This document shows positions 8,591 to 18,216 of a stretch of 64,000 nucleotides of DNA, piece by piece. How positions within the stretch are numbered: position 1 is the first letter of the stretch; each line of letters begins with the position of its first letter. Made by a program: the position numbers and the translations under genes. Source of the DNA: an uncultured Nitrospinota bacterium (GTDB lineage: Bacteria; Tectomicrobia; Entotheonellia; J063; CAVPRW01); NCBI GenBank assembly GCA_963707985.1, contig CAVPRW010000004.1, forward strand, positions 5,793 to 69,792, written 5' to 3'. A model generated the notes under the pieces. The model saw only the letters and a program-made list of their open reading frames with translations, was not told the origin of the DNA and did no database searches.

Positions 8591-11500
8591 TCATGTCCCC
8601 TCATCGGCTAGCCCATCATCGCGCCAGGATTCTGCACCGGCGCCGCTGGTCCAGTACCGGCAGAGCGCGGCATAGCTGCAATAGGTGCAGGTGTGCTTCG
8701 ACTCCAGGGGCTGTGGCACAAAGCGGCCAGCCATGGCCAGCTCAGCAATGCGCTGCATGCCGTGTGAGAGCCCCCCGACCTGGTCGGGCTCGAAGAAGGT
8801 GCGGCTCACCTCAACGTCCCAGACCTTGCGCTTGGGGTCCTTGAGCAGCAAGTACTGCAGATGTAGCTCCGCGTCAGGGGTAAGTTGGTACCCATCCTGC
8901 GCCAACTGCTGCAGGGTCAGATAGAGATAGACAGGCAATTGGAACGACGACTGCCCGAGGGCCTCCAGCGCAAGTCGCTCACGATAACGCCCAACGCTAC
9001 CACTATACTTAAAATCCTGCACCAGCACCGCGTCGATCCCCGATGGTCCTTCCCGGACAGCCACCCGGTCGACACGGCCCTTGAGGGCGACCGACCAGGG
9101 GCCGCAGGTCACGGCTCCTGCGAGATCGTACTCATGGTAGCGCGTGCGATAGACATCCGACTGTCGTGTCGCCAGATATACTGCCAGATCGTCGAGGACC
9201 GCCATCAACTCGGCTTTGCGGACGTGCCAGAAGCCGGGATGCCCAAGTCCAGGGTCGTGGCGGCGCCTGGCCAGCAGCTGGTCCGCAATGGCCCGCATGT
9301 GCTGCACTGCAGCCTCGGCCCGGCGGGGAGGGTCGGTATGAAAAAACTCAGACAAGATGCCATGCGCCAACTCCCCCAGGGTCGCCGGACTGACATCGTA
9401 GTCAGGCTCTGTACGGGATGTCAGTCGCAGCACATGTTTGCTGAAGAACGCAAACGGACACGCGGCAGCATCCTCCAGCATGGTGGGAGACCACGGCCGT
9501 TGCGGATCGAGAAAGCGGCCACGCAGATCGATCTGGCGACCGATATCGCCAAACGGCGCAGGGTCTATGTCCGGTGCTGGGCGAGAGCTTAACAGGTAAT
9601 CCTTGCGCCGAGCCTCGATCAACGCCAACGCGCGTAGGCGCTCGACTACCACCCCACGCCAGCGCAGCACCCTATCCAAGGCAATGGTGTCAGGGCCGCA
9701 GGTTGTCTCGCCCGTCGTCCCCCACGCGAGCGCGGCACGTCGCAACAACTCCCCAGGCTCCAGACACTGGGCCGGGAGTGGTACCGAGGGCAGGGCTGGT
9801 AGGCGCTGGAATACTGGCCCCGGACCATCGACTTCAGGAAAATGGCGTTGCACCTCATCGACGAAGATCGAGGGGAAGATCGCTTCGCCATTGGCCGTGC
9901 GGCGTCGGGTACGATAGCATGCATGTCTGATTGGCTGCTTCCAGGGCCAGAAAGAAGAGCAAGGGTTCTTCACGGGCCTTGTCGATCGCCGTGAACAGGA
10001 CTTTACCGAGGAGGCGGCGATCCAGGATGCCTGAGAATTTCTCTATCAACACCACGCGGGCCGCTGGATTGAAAGCGCGACGAGCACCGTCGTCAAGCAC
10101 TGGATGGTCGCTATAGTGCCGTGGGAACTCCGTATCCGCCAGGCCAGGGACATACACGTGGTCGAAATCGAGGCCCAGGGTATCCTGGACGCCGAGGACG
10201 CACACCGCCCCCTCCGCCTGCCGTGGCTGATCGAGCGTGACCTCGCGCAGGAGGTCGATCGCCAGCAGACGGAATTCCTGGAACGTGAGTGGCGCATCAC
10301 CCAGTAGGTGCAACGCTTCAGCCCCTGTCCAGAGCGTGTCGAAGAGCGACCAGAGCGCTTCGCGATCACGCTGGATGACCGGCAGCGGAACGGCGGGGTG
10401 CATCCCCATGGCCCGGAAAAAGCCTAGCTGTGTCAGAAGCGATTTGAGGCGCTCGAGATATGCCAGGAAGGGCCGTGATGCCTCGACCAGGTCGTCGAGC
10501 GCCGCGTGCAGCGCATCAACCCAGTCAGCCAGAGCCGTGATCCGCTGAGTGTCTTCCGCGGTTGGTTGCTGGCGACGCACATACGCTGCGAGTTGCGCGG
10601 GCAGGGGGGCATGACTACGATCGAGATAACCCACGGCATTGACCAGTCCCACCACGTCGTTGGGCCAGAGCCCGTCGGGTCGCAGATAGGCACTGGTCAG
10701 GAGCTTTAAGAGAGCCGTCCGGGGATAGGTACTATCGGCTAATTCGAGGACGCTGAACACGGTCTTGGTCAGCGGGACATGAAACAGCGGCAGTCCCCGG
10801 CGGAACCATAGTGTAATCCGATAGCGGCGGCAGACCGACTCCAGCAGATCGCCATACTGGTCAAGATTCCGCACCACGATGGCAATGCGCTCAGGGAAGA
10901 CCCCACGCGCCAGGAGCTCGCGGATACGACGCGCGATGGTTTCCACTTCACGTGCACGACCGGGGGCGGCGATCACTGTGAACGTCTCGTCGGGGACAAT
11001 GGCTTCCCCCACAGCCCCCCTGCCGAACAAGCGCTCGCTCAGGGCTTCTAGATTGCCGCCACGGGCTCTGGGTCTGGCAAATTCCGGCAGTACCAGCGCA
11101 GCCAGGCTTTCGTCGGCAACGAAGCGTTGCCAGGTGAATTCCGCGAAGGTCACCGCATCGATGTTCAGCCCGCTGGAAAAATGCTGGAGTATGCCGCCGT
11201 CAGCGACCAGCTTGATGAGCAAGGACACCAGGGCGTAATGCACCAGGGAGAGATGGTAGATATCGTGGACGACGATGCGCCGTATCCCCCGCAGCAACAC
11301 TGGCGTCGTCCCAGCGGTCAGATGCTGCTGGAGCCGAAACAGGATGGCCAGGTCTTGGTCACCTCGGTCAACCAGGCCGGCCTTGGCCAGGTAACTTTGG
11401 TAGCAGCGCCATACTTCGAGGAGCCGATACAAGGCCTGACGGGTCGTTGGAGAGACCGTGGGGTCCAACAGGTCAAGGCTCGCCGCAAAATCCTCGACCC

Positions 11501-11780
11501 CTAACCCGGCTCCCTTGAGCTCACCGATCACACCGCGAAATTCAGCCACCAGACCGGGCGATGGGGCCTCCCCCAACGATGCTGTGAGGCTGTGGCGCAC
11601 GAGCACGGTATGGGCGGCAGGCTCGATGAGTCGACCTGGCAAGCCTTCGCTGCGGAAGAGCCGTTCGCTCAGCTCGACATAGGTAAAGTAGCGATGATCG
11701 AAGAGGAGCCCACGGGCGCGTGTGCTTTCGCGCATGGCCCGATCGCGGCTGAGCGTTGTGGGATAGAGGTGGAGATCCAT
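8591..11780 (-). CDS. addB: AddB-like inactivated helicase / PD-(D/E)XK nuclease; one frameshift near 9902
   Basis: ORFs 9855-11795 and 8591-9973 join at SYPT/RTANGEAIFPSIF. Contains REVETIARRI, IAIVVR, WSPTMLE..ACPF, KGRVDRV, QDFK, QLPVY and CTYCSYAALC; directly upstream of addA. Confidence 0.82.
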
Positions 11781-11838
11781 GTGATAACCGTCCATGACGT
11801 CTTCGAGAATTTCACTTGAACGGAACCACGTCTGCGTT

Positions 11839-11867
11839 AGGTTACACTAAAGCGCCGCGCTGAGCAA
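11839..11867 (-). promoter_or_regulatory. Candidate sigma70 promoter for addB-addA-hemW
   Basis: TTGCTC-N17-TAACCT on the minus strand ~60 nt upstream of the addB ATG. Confidence 0.4.
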
Positions 11868-11974
11868 GCGGATCGACCTCGGATCGAGCGTCATCGCCAG
11901 CGGAGCACCTGTCGTGTTTCTCAAGAGAGCTTCGTACGTGATTTCGTACGTGATGCTGTATGCCCAAAAAAGTC

Positions 11975-12180
11975 ATGCGGCCTTGCGCATGAACTCGTGC
12001 GATGTGCCGGTCTTCTGGCGTTCGGCAGCAGGGGGAAGACTGCGGCGCTTGAGAATGTTGCACCGGTCTGATCACTGATGCCATAGCCCAGATGCGCCAG
12101 GGCCCCCACAATACGGTCATAGCCCCAAGAGCGATTGTCCTGCGCCAGCCAAACGACGAGGTCTTCGAGTTCCTTTTAAG
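11975..12180 (-). pseudogene. Transposase remnant (HTH/linker of an rve integrase-core transposase)
   Basis: KELEDLVVWLAQDNRSWGYDRIVGALAHLGYGISDQT, frameshift, then NILKRRSLPPAAERQKT; no catalytic core present. Confidence 0.7.
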
Positions 12181-12215
12181 CGCCATAGCCGGAGGGTTCA
12201 AACCCCGAAGTGATG

Positions 12216-12249
12216 GACATTGACAATGTCGGAGGCATTAGGTTACGGT
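12216..12249 (+). promoter_or_regulatory. Candidate sigma70 promoter of the liv operon with a palindrome over the -35 box
   Basis: TTGACA (12220-12225)-N18-TACGGT; palindrome GACATTG-A-CAATGTC (12216-12230) overlaps -35. Confidence 0.5.
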
Positions 12250-12329
12250 AAGCGCGCGATGTTGGGTCGTCAGTCGCGCACTGTACGTACACGTTGAGTG
12301 GCCCCTCACGACGGGAAAGGAGGCGGAGG

Positions 12330-13568
12330 ATGAAGGCCTGGAGGGATTCGCCATGGAGCTTATGGGGTGTTATAGTCTTCCTAACCTTGAGTGCGGTCCC
12401 TACCTTCGCCGGCGAGCAACCGAAGGGCGTCCTGAAGCTTTATACGAGTTGGCCAATGCAGGGCGCGATGATTCCGGAAGGGACGGCTATGAAACGCGCC
12501 GTCGATTTAGCGATCGAGCATGGGGGTAGTATGGTAGCGGGGTATAAGCTCGAGGTGGTGAATCTCGACGATGCCTCTCCGGTCACCGGCAGTTGGGATG
12601 GCACCGTCGAAGCCGAAAACGCCCAAAAGGCCATCGCCGACGCCGATGCCATGGTCTATATCGGTACATACAATAGTGGCGCGGCAAAGGTCAGCATGCC
12701 GATCACGAACAAGACCGGTATGGCGCAGGTGACCGTCGCCAACACCTACCCCGGTCTGACCAAGCCGGGAAATGCGCCAGGAGAACCCGGCATCTATCGC
12801 CCTTCCGGCAAAGTCAACTACTTCCGCCCTTTTCCGTCTGATGACATCCAGGGCGCGGCCGCTGCCAAACTGGCGCAATGCCTGGGGTTCAAACGGGTAT
12901 TTATTCTCGACGACCGCCAACTCTATGGCAAAGGCATCGCGGATGTTTTCGAAAAGACTGCCAAGGAGCTGGGTCTTCAAGTGGTGGGCCATGAAGGTGT
13001 GGAGTCGGTCGACATCGATTTCCGTGCCCTGTTGACCAAGGTCAAAGCGGCCAACGCCGATTTGATTTATGGAGGGTTCGTGATCGATTCCGGTGGCCCG
13101 CAGGTCATCCAGCAGATGAAGGCGCTTGGGCTGTTCGATGCCGGCGCCAAGTTTATGGGCCCTGATGGTCTGTACTCCCCGGCGCTGGTCGAGCAGGCCA
13201 CTCCCGCAGCGGTGAATAACAATGTCTATGTGACATTTGCCGGTCTGCCCCCTGATCAACTCCCCACCGACCTGGGCAAGCGCTTCTACACCGATTACAA
13301 GGCGAAGTACAAGGATGAACCCATCGGCTGGGCCATGTACGCCTACCAGGCCACCATTGTCACCGTCGACGCGATCAACCGCGCCGGAGCCAAAGATCGA
13401 GGCAAGATCCTAGAAGCGTTACGCAATACGAAGAACTTCGAGGGTATCACCGGTCGTTTCAGCTTCGACGACAATGGCGACACGGACCGCACCGACATGG
13501 GTGGGTTTCAGGTCAAAGATCATAAGTTCCAGTTCGTCGGGCTGATCAGCAAGGATAAGTGTCCATGA
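12330..13568 (+). CDS. livK: Branched-chain amino acid ABC transporter substrate-binding protein (LivK/LivJ family)
   Basis: Signal peptide, LDDASP, IGTYNSG, RPFPSDDIQG, LDDRQLYGKG, FEGITGRFSFDDNGD; leads livHMGF. The true substrate is unknown. Confidence 0.85.
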   Translation: MKAWRDSPWSLWGVIVFLTLSAVPTFAGEQPKGVLKLYTSWPMQGAMIPEGTAMKRAVDLAIEHGGSMVAGYKLEVVNLDDASPVTGSWDGTVEAENAQKAIADADAMVYIGTYNSGAAKVSMPITNKTGMAQVTVANTYPGLTKPGNAPGEPGIYRPSGKVNYFRPFPSDDIQGAAAAKLAQCLGFKRVFILDDRQLYGKGIADVFEKTAKELGLQVVGHEGVESVDIDFRALLTKVKAANADLIYGGFVIDSGGPQVIQQMKALGLFDAGAKFMGPDGLYSPALVEQATPAAVNNNVYVTFAGLPPDQLPTDLGKRFYTDYKAKYKDEPIGWAMYAYQATIVTVDAINRAGAKDRGKILEALRNTKNFEGITGRFSFDDNGDTDRTDMGGFQVKDHKFQFVGLISKDKCP

Positions 13569-13575
13569 TCGATGA

Positions 13576-13678
13576 GCGCTGAGTGGCGGGGGCTGTATGG
13601 AAGCACACGGCTGCACACGCATAGGCACTAAATCATCTGCATGTATCTGTGTGCAGCCGCGGGTACCATCCTCAGCGC
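13576..13678. repeat. Intergenic imperfect hairpin (REP-like) between livK and livH
   Basis: CGGCTGCACAC (13608-13618) / GTGTGCAGCCG (13649-13659) plus outer GCGCTGAG / CTCAGCGC. Confidence 0.5.
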
Positions 13679-13709
13679 GTCGTGGACGATCTTCTGCACA
13701 TAGGTGACC

Positions 13710-14648
13710 ATGACTGGCTCCGAGGTATTCCTCCAGCAAGTCCTCAATGGCTTGACCGTCGGTTCCTACCTCGCCCTCATCGCCCTGGGTTACACCATGG
13801 TTTATGGCATCATTGAGCTCATCAACTTCGCTCACGGCGATGTCTACATGATGGGGTTTTTCATCTCGCTCAGCTTCCTGGGGTTACTCGGGGCTACCTC
13901 CACCCTGTCCGGCTTTACGCTGCTGTGGGTCATCGCTGCGGTGATGCTCGCCACCATGGTGTGCACCGGTATGATCAACCTGGCCCTCGATCGTATCGCC
14001 TATAAACCGTTACGACGCGCCCCCCGGCTGGCTCCGCTGATTACCGCGGTCGGTGCCTCGTTTGTGCTGACGAATATCGCCCAGAATTGGAAAGGCCCTA
14101 GTCAGGTGCGCTACCCCGATATCTTCCCCACCGTCGACGTCCTACGTGATCTCATGGGCCTCGAAACGCAGGTGTTGTTTACCACCAAGGATATCTTTCT
14201 CATCGGCGTAACCGTGCCGCTGATGGTGGCTCTGCACCTGTTCATCCGGCACTCGACACTCGGCAAGGCCATGCGCGCCACGGCACAGGACCGGGAGGCC
14301 GCGGCGATGATGGGGATCAACGTCGAGCGCATTATCATGTTGACCTTCTTCATCGGGGGAGCGCTGGCTGGCGCTGCCGGCATGGTGTTCGGCCTCTATC
14401 TCAATACCGGACGCTACCTCATGGGTTTCGAGGCCGGCCTCAAAGCCTTCACAGCCGCCGTGCTGGGGGGCATCGGCAACATTCCCGGCGCCGTACTGGG
14501 GGGCTATCTGATTGGACTGCTCTCGGCCTTCAGCGATCAATACCTGTCATCGGCGTGGACGCGGGCCTCGGTGTTCTTGATCCTGGTGTTAGTGCTGGTG
14601 TTCAGGCCGACGGGGATTTTGGGGGAACGCACAGCCGACAAAGTATAG
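13710..14648 (+). CDS. livH: Branched-chain amino acid ABC permease
   Basis: QQVLNGLTVGSYLALIALGYTMVYGIIELINFAHG; GKAMRATAQD; KAFTAAVLGGIG. Confidence 0.92.
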   Translation: MTGSEVFLQQVLNGLTVGSYLALIALGYTMVYGIIELINFAHGDVYMMGFFISLSFLGLLGATSTLSGFTLLWVIAAVMLATMVCTGMINLALDRIAYKPLRRAPRLAPLITAVGASFVLTNIAQNWKGPSQVRYPDIFPTVDVLRDLMGLETQVLFTTKDIFLIGVTVPLMVALHLFIRHSTLGKAMRATAQDREAAAMMGINVERIIMLTFFIGGALAGAAGMVFGLYLNTGRYLMGFEAGLKAFTAAVLGGIGNIPGAVLGGYLIGLLSAFSDQYLSSAWTRASVFLILVLVLVFRPTGILGERTADKV

Positions 14649-14652
14649 CCGG

Positions 14653-15792
14653 ATGGTGGATGGGAGGCTCGCGCGGGTGGCATGGCAGCCATGGCTCAAG
14701 GGCATTGGGATCGCCGCGATTGTACTTATTTACCCCGTTCTGGACCGGGCCCTCGGCTTGCAGACGCTCAACGCCGTGACCGATTCCGCCGTGTACGTCG
14801 TGCTCGCCCTCGGACTGAACATCGTCGTGGGCTATGCTGGGTTACTCGATCTGGGCTATGCCGCCTTCTTTGCCATTGGCGCCTATACCGTGGGCATCTT
14901 CACCTGGCCGGGGCATGGGCTGGAGTGGAATTTTTGGCTGGTGCTGTGGATCAGCGTCGCAGTGTGTGCCCTCTTCGGCGTCATCATCGGCTCGCCCACC
15001 TTGCGCCTGCGCGGCGATTATCTGGCCATCGTCACACTTGCCTTCGGCGAGATCGTCCCCATTTCGATCCGCAATCTGTGGCATATCGACCTGCGCTTCG
15101 GCGACTGGGTGCTGGTGGAGAATTTTAATTTGACCAATGGCCCACAGGGCTTGAATCCGGTCGGGCGGCCGACGCTCTTCGGTTTCGAGTTCGGTTTCGA
15201 TCCGCTGCCCTGGTATTACCTGATCCTGAGTATTGCCTGCCTGACGGTCTACGTCTCCCATCAGCTCGAACGCTCACGGCTAGGGCGGGCGTGGATGGCC
15301 ATCCGCGAGGACGAGACGGCTGCCGACTGCATGGGCATCAACCCGATTCGTACCAAATTGATGGCCTTCGCGCTGGGAGCGGCCTTCTCCGGCCTGGGAG
15401 GGGCGATCTTCGCCGCCAAGCTGCAGGCGATTTTCCCCGAGTTGTTCCGCTTTCAGGTCTCGATTATGCTGCTCTGTATGGTCATCCTCGGGGGCATGGG
15501 TAACATCAGCGGCGTAGTGATCGGTGGCATGATCATCCTTTTGTTCGATCGCGTCATCCTGGCGCAGTCCACGCAATTGGTCCGCGGTGTCGGACAGCTG
15601 CTGTCGGTCCCGGCGCTGCAGCAGGTTGATTTACAGCTGTGGCGCTGGTTTTTCTTCGGCGCCACGCTCATCATCGTGATGTTACTGCGCCCCGAAGGGC
15701 TGTTTCCCAGCTCCCGACGTGCCGCCGAACTACACCCAGACATGGAGGAGGCCGGCGACCACGATGCCGCTGTTGGAAGCCCGTCGGCTTAG
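14653..15792 (+). CDS. livM: Branched-chain amino acid ABC permease
   Basis: LGLNIVVGYAGLLDLGYAAFF; LRLRGDYLAIVTLAFGE; GRAWMAIREDE; MVILGGMG; RPEGL. Confidence 0.92.
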   Translation: MVDGRLARVAWQPWLKGIGIAAIVLIYPVLDRALGLQTLNAVTDSAVYVVLALGLNIVVGYAGLLDLGYAAFFAIGAYTVGIFTWPGHGLEWNFWLVLWISVAVCALFGVIIGSPTLRLRGDYLAIVTLAFGEIVPISIRNLWHIDLRFGDWVLVENFNLTNGPQGLNPVGRPTLFGFEFGFDPLPWYYLILSIACLTVYVSHQLERSRLGRAWMAIREDETAADCMGINPIRTKLMAFALGAAFSGLGGAIFAAKLQAIFPELFRFQVSIMLLCMVILGGMGNISGVVIGGMIILLFDRVILAQSTQLVRGVGQLLSVPALQQVDLQLWRWFFFGATLIIVMLLRPEGLFPSSRRAAELHPDMEEAGDHDAAVGSPSA

Positions 15793-16537
15793 CAAGACCT
15801 TCGGCGGCCTCGTCGCCGTCAACGCTGTCGAGTTTTCCCTCGAGCCGGGGATGATCGCCGGCCTGATCGGACCAAATGGCGCCGGCAAGACCACCGTCTT
15901 CAACATGATCACCGGTCTCTATGCTCCGAGCCAGGGCGAAATTTTCTTCGATGGACATAACATCTCTGGCTGGCGTCCGAATCGTATCACCGCGCGCGGC
16001 ATCGGTCGCACGTTCCAGACCATTCGCCTGTTCAACAATATGACCGCCGAAGAAAATGTCCTGGCGGGGATGCATTGTCGTCTGAAGGGAAGCTGGATCG
16101 GCGCTATTGTGAAATCGTCGTGGGTGCGAAGAGAGGAGGAGCGAGCCCGTCAACGAGCTACCGAACTCCTGGCGTATATGGGCTTGCACGGACGGGATGG
16201 AGTCCTGGCGAAACACCTCCCCTATGGCGATCAGCGCCGCCTGGAGATCGCTCGGGCGTTGGCCACGGATGCCAAGCTCTTGCTGCTCGATGAGCCCACG
16301 GCGGGGATGAATCCCCTGGAAACTCAGGAGATGATGCGGCTGATTCAACGGCTCCGCGACGAGCGCGGCCTCACCATTCTGCTCATCGAGCACGACATGC
16401 GGGTGGTCATGGGCATCTCCGAGCGTATCACAGTGCTGGATTATGGGGTCAAGATCGCCGAGGGTTCACCTGCCGAGATTCAGCAGCATCCGCAGGTGAT
16501 TGAAGCCTATCTCGGCCGACGACATGTGGCAATTTGA
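15764..16537 (+). CDS. livG: Branched-chain amino acid ABC ATP-binding protein
   Basis: GPNGAGKTT, RTFQ, LPYGDQRRLEIARALA, LLLDEP, IEHDM, AYLG. Confidence 0.92.
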   Translation: MPLLEARRLSKTFGGLVAVNAVEFSLEPGMIAGLIGPNGAGKTTVFNMITGLYAPSQGEIFFDGHNISGWRPNRITARGIGRTFQTIRLFNNMTAEENVLAGMHCRLKGSWIGAIVKSSWVRREEERARQRATELLAYMGLHGRDGVLAKHLPYGDQRRLEIARALATDAKLLLLDEPTAGMNPLETQEMMRLIQRLRDERGLTILLIEHDMRVVMGISERITVLDYGVKIAEGSPAEIQQHPQVIEAYLGRRHVAI

Positions 16538-16584
16538 GAATGCATGCTGGCCGCCGTGGAGGAAGCTTAATGTGGAGGGAAGCC

Positions 16585-16902
16585 ATGGCAACAGAGGAGA
16601 AAACCCTCAAGAAGCTGCGATATCTTGAGACGCTCTATCACCAAGGGTACCGCAGTGACATGATCGATCGGTCGCTCGATAAGATCATTGCTCTGGAACG
16701 TGCGAGTGCGCAGCGGGAGTTAGGCGATCTCAGAAATCGATTGCAGGACTTCGAGGCTCGATATCACATGTCTTCGGAAGATTTTTATCGCCGTTTTCGA
16801 GCGGGGGGATTGGGTGATGCGATGGATTTTGTTGAATGGAGCGTCTTCTATGAAATGTGGGAGTCTGTGTGTAAACGCCTTGAAATGCTTGAAGCTGAAT
16901 AG
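16585..16902 (+). CDS. Putative antitoxin (TumA-like; YxMSSEDFYxxFxxGxLGDxxDFxEW motif)
   Basis: RBS GGAGG; helical 105 aa; the motif is recalled as the usual partner of DUF6516. Confidence 0.6.
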   Translation: MATEEKTLKKLRYLETLYHQGYRSDMIDRSLDKIIALERASAQRELGDLRNRLQDFEARYHMSSEDFYRRFRAGGLGDAMDFVEWSVFYEMWESVCKRLEMLEAE

Positions 16903-16907
16903 GAATA

Positions 16908-17306
16908 ATGGCTCCACAAGATTACTTGACTGAAATAAAAGCTAAGTTAATAACTAGCTCTATCATCATCTCAATCACAGTTGTCGAGGAATATGTGCTG
17001 CCAGACCGAGGCTACTTTCGTGCCCGTTTGGGGCTCAGTAATAATGATTTCCTCGAAGTTGCAGAGTATTTTGTGCTTGAGGATGGGATGTGTGTGACAA
17101 GACGATATCGCTATCAATGGATGGATCAGTCACAACAAGTGCTCAGAAAACGTTGGGATAATGTCGAGCATTACCGCAATTTACCAAATTTCCCGTATCA
17201 TATTCACGTCGGTGAAGAATCAATAGTCGAGCCCGGCCAGTTGGTAAGCATTATCGAATTGCTCGATATTCTTGAACAGGTGCTCAGCTCCTCGGGGACC
17301 TCCTAA
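16908..17306 (+). CDS. DUF6516 / TumE-like putative toxin
   Basis: RRYRYQW, KRWDNVEHY, FPYHIH motifs; AT-rich relative to the liv genes. Confidence 0.7.
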   Translation: MAPQDYLTEIKAKLITSSIIISITVVEEYVLPDRGYFRARLGLSNNDFLEVAEYFVLEDGMCVTRRYRYQWMDQSQQVLRKRWDNVEHYRNLPNFPYHIHVGEESIVEPGQLVSIIELLDILEQVLSSSGTS

Positions 17307-17309
17307 GGT

Positions 17310-18017
<708 letters not shown>

Positions 18018-18216
18018 CCCTCAGCACATTGACTCCCACTGTGGCCCATGCTACAAGGGTGCAACATTCTGATTCAACGTTGCCCTCCACACTATGAACG
18101 TTTAGCTCATGTGCCATGACCGTGCTGAGTAGGGGATCACTGGGAGATGATTGGCTTCCCGAGCACTGCAAGGCTGGACGATAGCCTCTGCGCCATCTGG
18201 ATGGAGGGGGTCGATC

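Noticed and set aside
9895-9910. Programmed ribosomal frameshifting in addB and other split genes
   Set aside because: No slippery heptamer or downstream structure at the breakpoints; sequencing error or mutation is simpler.
11931-11954. 12-bp tandem duplication TTCGTACGTGAT x2 as a target-site duplication
   Set aside because: The copies are adjacent rather than flanking an element; function cannot be inferred.
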